From an uncultured virus (IMG/VR IMGVR_UViG_3300042988_001938) (lineage: Duplodnaviria; Heunggongvirae; Uroviricota; Caudoviricetes), in the IMG/VR virus record IMGVR_UViG_3300042988_001938: a stretch of 20,000 nucleotides of DNA; one strand, written 5' to 3'. The position numbers and the translations under genes were made by a program. Positions 15,825 through 20,000 of the stretch are shown here, one piece after another; the stretch's first letter is position 1; the number at the start of each line of letters is the position of its first letter. Under the pieces are notes generated by a model. The model did no database searches. It was not told where the DNA came from and saw nothing but the letters and a program-made list of their open reading frames with translations.

Positions 15825-16729
15825 TTTCCGTTTGCTTTAATTCTTATTTTATTTAGAATTTCAAAAATTCTATGGTCAGGATAAGTATCCTGCTTGTCCA
15901 TTCTAACATTGGTGTGTGTCCATATACCAGGTAATCTTCCAGCAACAACATCATTATTGTATTCTGACCAACCTCTATTAAATTCAATATTTTGAACTGG
16001 TATCTTATACTCATCAACAATCCATTTAATAAGCTTTTCAAGAGACTCAAGCTGTTTTTCACTGTATGAGTGGAAATATAAGCTACCTCTCCACGGGTGC
16101 TCAAGCGTATACACTTCATCCGAAGAAACTTCGCCACCGTATACGTTAAAGAATTTATCTCCCTTTTTATTTAACTTGCCCCACGAACAAATTTCTATAC
16201 CAATTGAGCTTCTATCCAACTTACCCTTACTACCCTTAACTCCTAAATGGAAGCTCCAATAGTCTGGGTGGAAGGCTTCATACACCATTCCATCTTCATC
16301 ACCTCTACCACTTATCACAAAAGCTGTTGAAATTCTCTCAACATTCTTATCCCAGTACTTGATTACAGACTTTGAGTCTGGTCCACTAACTGTGTAATGC
16401 AAGAATATCTTATCCTTAGACGTAGATTGTTTAACATACTGTTCTGATGGCTGATTATGCTCTGTATTTACATATAAATCGCCATACTTCTTTCCATACT
16501 TGGTTTCCTTATCTTCCTTAGCAGTTCTTTTTTGTGCTGCCTTGAGTGCTGCAATAGTCTTTGGGCCAGCCACTCCATCTACAGCAAGTCCATATTTTTT
16601 TTGAAAAGCCTTAAGTGACCTTAAAGTTCTATTCCCGAAATGGCCATCAATAATAAGGTCATATCCAAGCATAGAAAGATATTTCTGCAACTGTGCTACT
16701 TCTGTTCCCTTATCTCCTAACGTAATCAT
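15821..16729 (-). CDS. Endolysin: N-terminal peptidoglycan-binding domain plus N-acetylmuramoyl-L-alanine amidase (Amidase_2-type)
   Basis: LGDKGTEVAQLQKYL...IDGHFG...LKAFQKKYGLAVDGVAGPKT is the PG-binding signature. IFLHYT, WSFHLG, SIGIEI and IWTHTNVRMDKQD carry the amidase Zn ligands. Confidence 0.9.
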   Translation of the reverse strand: MITLGDKGTEVAQLQKYLSMLGYDLIIDGHFGNRTLRSLKAFQKKYGLAVDGVAGPKTIAALKAAQKRTAKEDKETKYGKKYGDLYVNTEHNQPSEQYVKQSTSKDKIFLHYTVSGPDSKSVIKYWDKNVERISTAFVISGRGDEDGMVYEAFHPDYWSFHLGVKGSKGKLDRSSIGIEICSWGKLNKKGDKFFNVYGGEVSSDEVYTLEHPWRGSLYFHSYSEKQLESLEKLIKWIVDEYKIPVQNIEFNRGWSEYNNDVVAGRLPGIWTHTNVRMDKQDTYPDHRIFEILNKIRIKANGK

Positions 16730-16740
16730 AAAAGTTTTCC

Positions 16741-16749
16741 TATAAATAG
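16741..16749 (-). promoter_or_regulatory. TATTTAT putative late promoter (class III)
   Basis: Minus strand reads CCCTATTTATAGGAAAA, with the core 12 nt before the endolysin ATG. Confidence 0.65.
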
Positions 16750-16812
16750 GGAATAAAAAGTGTTTCTAAGGTTAGAAATATTGGTCTATTTATTAAAAGA
16801 TATGTTTGTTTG

Positions 16813-16840
16813 AAACATTTTTTTGATAAATGTCGTATAA
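16813..16840 (+). promoter_or_regulatory. Putative phage promoter AAAC-N17-CGTATAA (class II)
   Basis: AAACATTTTTTTGATAAATGTCGTATAA, 29 nt before ATG 16870; parallels 12196-12222. Confidence 0.5.
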
Positions 16841-16869
16841 CAAGAAAAGAACCAATAAAAATTAAAGTC

Positions 16870-17274
16870 ATGAATACTCAAGGGAAAGAAAATGGAAAAA
16901 CGAAAGCATTGAAGACTAAAGCTTACAATTACTTTTGCACTCCAGCTCTAATCATCCATGAATTGCTTCATTATATCATGATTAAATTGACTTTTGCTAA
17001 GTACGGAAGAGTTAATGTGATTCTAGCGGAGGATTATGACCAGACAGGCAATTTATCAGTAGCAATCTTTTATGTTCCTAGTAACAAATTCCAAACATTC
17101 ATGATTAGCATGGCCCCTTTTCTTGCCATCGCCATTTCACCACTATTGTTCGCCTTTGGCTTTAATACACTTGCATTGCTTTATGCAGTATACACTGTTT
17201 TGTGTGCCAGAGTCGTTTTACCTAGTAAAGAAGATTTTGATGCTATCAAGGGAGACCAAGAAGCGTTTGTATAA
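16870..17274 (+). CDS. Membrane-embedded HExxH zinc metallopeptidase (DUF3267/M50-like zincin)
   Basis: PALIIHELLHY, ISMAPFL within a hydrophobic segment, and LPSKEDF. ATG 16870 preferred over TTG 16810, which overlaps the promoter-like motif. Confidence 0.7.
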   Translation: MNTQGKENGKTKALKTKAYNYFCTPALIIHELLHYIMIKLTFAKYGRVNVILAEDYDQTGNLSVAIFYVPSNKFQTFMISMAPFLAIAISPLLFAFGFNTLALLYAVYTVLCARVVLPSKEDFDAIKGDQEAFV

Positions 17275-17280
17275 GCAATA

Positions 17281-17311
17281 AAAAAAGCCCTGGATTTTTC
17301 CAGGGCTTTTT
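17281..17311. terminator. Bidirectional rho-independent terminator
   Basis: AAAAAGCCCTGGA-TTTT-TCCAGGGCTTTTT perfect inverted repeat between convergent stops at 17274 and 17330. Confidence 0.9.
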
Positions 17312-17329
17312 ATTTTTTAAGATATTTTT

Positions 17330-17803
17330 TTAAACTCCTAATCCTTGAGAAGCTCCTCCAACACCAAGCCTAGAAGCACCATATTTACCTGACTGATAAA
17401 TAATAGTACCAGACTTAGGTTCAGGTAAAATGTTACCTGAGTAACCATTTTTCTCCATTACACTGATGAATCCAGCTTCATCAACAGGTTGCCTATCGGC
17501 AACGAACTTAGTGTAACCCATTCCCTTAAGTTTCTCTACTCTAGCCATTATAGCATTTTTTCTTTCTGCTACTTTTTCAGGAGAATCTGTAAGTCCAAGA
17601 AATTTACCAAGACCTTCTTCGATTTCATCATCCATTTCATCTCCCATATCTTCGCCTTCCATGTAAGACTCATTCATAAGAGACTTAAGCTCTGCTTCAA
17701 GAGCTTTCTTTTCATTCTCAAGGACCATTCTTTTCTTAAGCTTGAATGCCTCTTCTTTGATGATAGCTCTGAATTCAGACATTGTTAATTCTTTTTTTGC
17801 CAT
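17330..17803 (-). CDS. Hypothetical protein, possibly a virion internal protein (157 aa)
   Basis: N-terminal EFRAIIKEEAFKLKK, then LMNES and an acidic linker. Monocistronic between a TATTTAT motif and a terminator. Confidence 0.75.
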   Translation of the reverse strand: MAKKELTMSEFRAIIKEEAFKLKKRMVLENEKKALEAELKSLMNESYMEGEDMGDEMDDEIEEGLGKFLGLTDSPEKVAERKNAIMARVEKLKGMGYTKFVADRQPVDEAGFISVMEKNGYSGNILPEPKSGTIIYQSGKYGASRLGVGGASQGLGV

Positions 17804-17840
17804 GACAGTATTAATTGTTAACGTTTATACTCTGTTTTCA

Positions 17841-17848
17841 ATAAATAG
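17841..17848 (-). promoter_or_regulatory. TATTTAT putative late promoter (class III)
   Basis: Minus strand reads CTCTATTTATTGAAAA, with the core 37 nt before ATG 17803. Confidence 0.55.
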
Positions 17849-17872
17849 AGCAAAAAAACAAAAACTATTTGC

Positions 17873-19804
17873 TTACTTTAATCTTTCTATCAAATTCTTA
17901 AAGATACTCTCATCTGACACATTAACATTCTTTTTAAAGTCTTTATTGTCAAGTACTTTACTTACTACTTGAGATTTTTCCTTGAGCAACTCATTAATAT
18001 CTTCATCAATGGTATCAACCACAACATACTGAATAATCTGAATGTTGTCATGAGTTGTTGTCGCCCTGTGTATTCTATCCTCAGCTTGCTCCATATCAGC
18101 TGGAGTCCACGCAAATCCTAAGAAAATAAGCTTAGATGCTTCAGTAAGTGTAATACCAACTCCAGAAGCTCCAATCATACCGCAGAATAAGTTTACAGAC
18201 TTGTCTTCCTGGAATCTCTCCACAGATGTCTGCTTGTCCTCAAGACTCATACTTCCTGTGTGGATTACAGAAGCGTCACCATAGCGCTCATGAAGCTTCT
18301 CGGCAAGTATTTGGTAGTCGGACATTACAACCAATTTGTCACCATTACTTGCGATGCTATCAACGATACCATCGCTAATCATTCTGTCTAACTTAACCAT
18401 TCCAGTAAACTGCTTAAGCTTATGTATCTTCTCAAGGTATGATTCTTGTTTCTCCTCCTCAGTACCGCTATCAGACATAACCTTCTTAACTTCCTTGACA
18501 AGTTTCTCGTACTCTTTTCTCTCTGTAGGAGTTAATTCTATTTCAATTTCAGTATATGTCTTATCTGGAAGCTGGCTAAGAACATCCTTCTTAAGCCTTC
18601 TAAGGAAGAAGGGAGAAATCCTGGTAAATAACTCTTCAAGATTCGAAGCTCCATCATAATTCCATCCAAAATTAGATTCATATGCCGCACAATACCTAAC
18701 ACCAAAGTCGTGCATTGAGTTCCACATTTCTGGGTCCATGAAATTAAGCCCAGAAAAAAACTCCATAGGCCTTGACTTAATTGCGGTTCCAGAAATTAAT
18801 ATTCTCTTGTCTATGGTATCTCTAAATGCTCTTCTGATAATTTGAGTCCAATCCGTCTTTGTAGATTTTATTCTGTGAAATTCATCAATAACAATTAGGT
18901 CGTAATCTTCTGGGTCCAAAATAGAACCATCCTTATCTTCTATGTAAACAAGCCCTGTAACTCTTGACTTGAATGAGTTCTTGTTCTTACAGTGTTCACA
19001 CTTTGTGTGTTTCTTATTGAGGTCCACAATCTCGGTACCACACTTTCTAGGCTTCTCTCCAGGTAGAATCAGGTTTCCACCACAAACATGCTTATACTCA
19101 AGCTTAATGTAGCTCTGAATTGATTCATAGTTAATAATGTGAAAGAGGCCTTCTTCCCTTGGATAGTTCACCTTTTTGCTTCGCTTGCTTGGGGTATACT
19201 TGTAAACATGCGCCTTTTCGTTGCTAAAATTTAAAATCTCCCTTCTCCAATTAAGCTTGAGGGACGCTGGACATATGACCAATGTCTTAAGCTTATGTTT
19301 TGCAGCATATGCAATTGGAGGAAGTGTCTTACCAACACCTGGCTGGTCACCGAGTATTGCTTTTCCATCGTTTATCTCAAAGAATTTTACTGCCTGCTTC
19401 TGGTAATCATATGGTTCTATCTTCATAAAGCTAAAATCCATATCCTTAAAGTCAAGTGCTGCCTCTTTTGACTTTAGGGCCTCAGCAATTCTTCTTTGTC
19501 TCTCAATATAATCCCTTCTAAGCTCATTTAACTCTTCTGGTAAAAGATTTTCGAATAAAAAAGGTATAGAGTTATCAACCAGGAAAGAGATTATATTTCC
19601 CATTTGAACCTCTCGAATTATTCTTACCCACTCATCCTTAGTTCCACCATTTATATCCAGAACATTATCAATTCTAACAGCTCTATGCTCCTTTGGTAGG
19701 GTTTTTATATAAGTAGCCAGTATTGGTAGATAGTCAAATCTTAATTCGTAGTTTGTTCTAAGCTTTCTTATCTTAACAGGTGATATTTCTTTCTTCTTTG
19801 CCAT
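17873..19804 (-). CDS. SNF2-family (SMARCAL1/HARP-like) helicase/ATPase with a Cys4 insertion
   Basis: Motifs PYDYQ, ILGDQPGVGKT, LVICPASLKLNW, IVIDEFH, LISGTA, FLRRLKKDVL, GVGITLT and WTPADMEQAEDRIHR. Confidence 0.92.
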   Translation of the reverse strand: MAKKKEISPVKIRKLRTNYELRFDYLPILATYIKTLPKEHRAVRIDNVLDINGGTKDEWVRIIREVQMGNIISFLVDNSIPFLFENLLPEELNELRRDYIERQRRIAEALKSKEAALDFKDMDFSFMKIEPYDYQKQAVKFFEINDGKAILGDQPGVGKTLPPIAYAAKHKLKTLVICPASLKLNWRREILNFSNEKAHVYKYTPSKRSKKVNYPREEGLFHIINYESIQSYIKLEYKHVCGGNLILPGEKPRKCGTEIVDLNKKHTKCEHCKNKNSFKSRVTGLVYIEDKDGSILDPEDYDLIVIDEFHRIKSTKTDWTQIIRRAFRDTIDKRILISGTAIKSRPMEFFSGLNFMDPEMWNSMHDFGVRYCAAYESNFGWNYDGASNLEELFTRISPFFLRRLKKDVLSQLPDKTYTEIEIELTPTERKEYEKLVKEVKKVMSDSGTEEEKQESYLEKIHKLKQFTGMVKLDRMISDGIVDSIASNGDKLVVMSDYQILAEKLHERYGDASVIHTGSMSLEDKQTSVERFQEDKSVNLFCGMIGASGVGITLTEASKLIFLGFAWTPADMEQAEDRIHRATTTHDNIQIIQYVVVDTIDEDINELLKEKSQVVSKVLDNKDFKKNVNVSDESIFKNLIERLK

Positions 19805-19815
19805 GCTTAATCTGT

Positions 19816-19998
19816 TTATTCAACTCTCTCTCTTCTTTTTTTGATTCTAAGATTCTCTGCCCTCTTAATAAAAACCTCTTCCTTTTCAAGACTCTCCTTC
19901 TTGTCAATTATAGCCTTTTCAAGTTTTGTAAGAGGAATTATTTCGCCTTTGTAGTCTCCAACTGGAGGCTGCTTAGTCCCCTTCTTCACTTGAATTGA
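19816..19998 (-). CDS. Partial CDS (3' end of a gene starting beyond the window)
   Basis: Hand translation ...SIQVKKGTKQPPVGDYKGEIIPLTKLEKAIIDKKESLEKEEVFIKRAENLRIKKRRERVE*, with the stop 11 nt before the helicase ATG. Confidence 0.65.
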   Translation of the reverse strand, partial: SIQVKKGTKQPPVGDYKGEIIPLTKLEKAIIDKKESLEKEEVFIKRAENLRIKKRRERVE

Positions 19999-20000
19999 TT

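Noticed and set aside
18930..19110. Intein in the helicase
   Set aside because: Too short and lacks intein splice-junction residues; reported as a Cys4 insertion instead.
2467..19998. Many short ORFs in the track that lie antisense to or nested in longer genes (e.g. 4405-4701, 13813-14064, 15071-15370, 18336-18659, 5342-5593, 9695-9913, 15853-16137)
   Set aside because: They are shadow frames of well-supported genes, with Ser/Leu/Phe-rich composition typical of antisense to Lys/Glu-rich coding DNA and no motifs.
1..20000. Stop-codon reassignment as in some large Bacteroidota phages
   Set aside because: Recognisable genes are full length in the standard code, and TAA, TGA and TAG all end genes at tight junctions.

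Overview
AT-rich, gene-dense window, mostly minus strand, most consistent with a large (jumbo-type) tailed phage of a Bacteroidota host. Host clues: a DUF4494-like gene, TTG-N20-TAnATTT(G/C) promoters, and A-rich translation starts without evident Shine-Dalgarno sites. It encodes a Gly/Asn/Ser repeat fibre, two PcfJ-like proteins, a Myb/SANT-like protein, a GNAT fusion, translation initiation factor IF-3 coupled to an HNH/DotN-like gene, a PG-binding amidase endolysin, an HExxH membrane peptidase, an SNF2 helicase with a Cys4 insertion, and many hypothetical proteins. The most interesting signal is regulatory. Three upstream motif classes sort with gene type: (I) host-type TTG-N20-TAnATTTS, (II) AAAC-N16/17-CGTATAA, and (III) TATTTAT, close to the reverse complement of the T4 late promoter. 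Class III genes mostly encode proteins sharing an 'IIKEE'-like helix, and one class III site lies in a hairpin that could block translation of the fibre gene. All family assignments are from recalled motifs, not database searches. I saw no rRNA, tRNA, CRISPR array or IS element.
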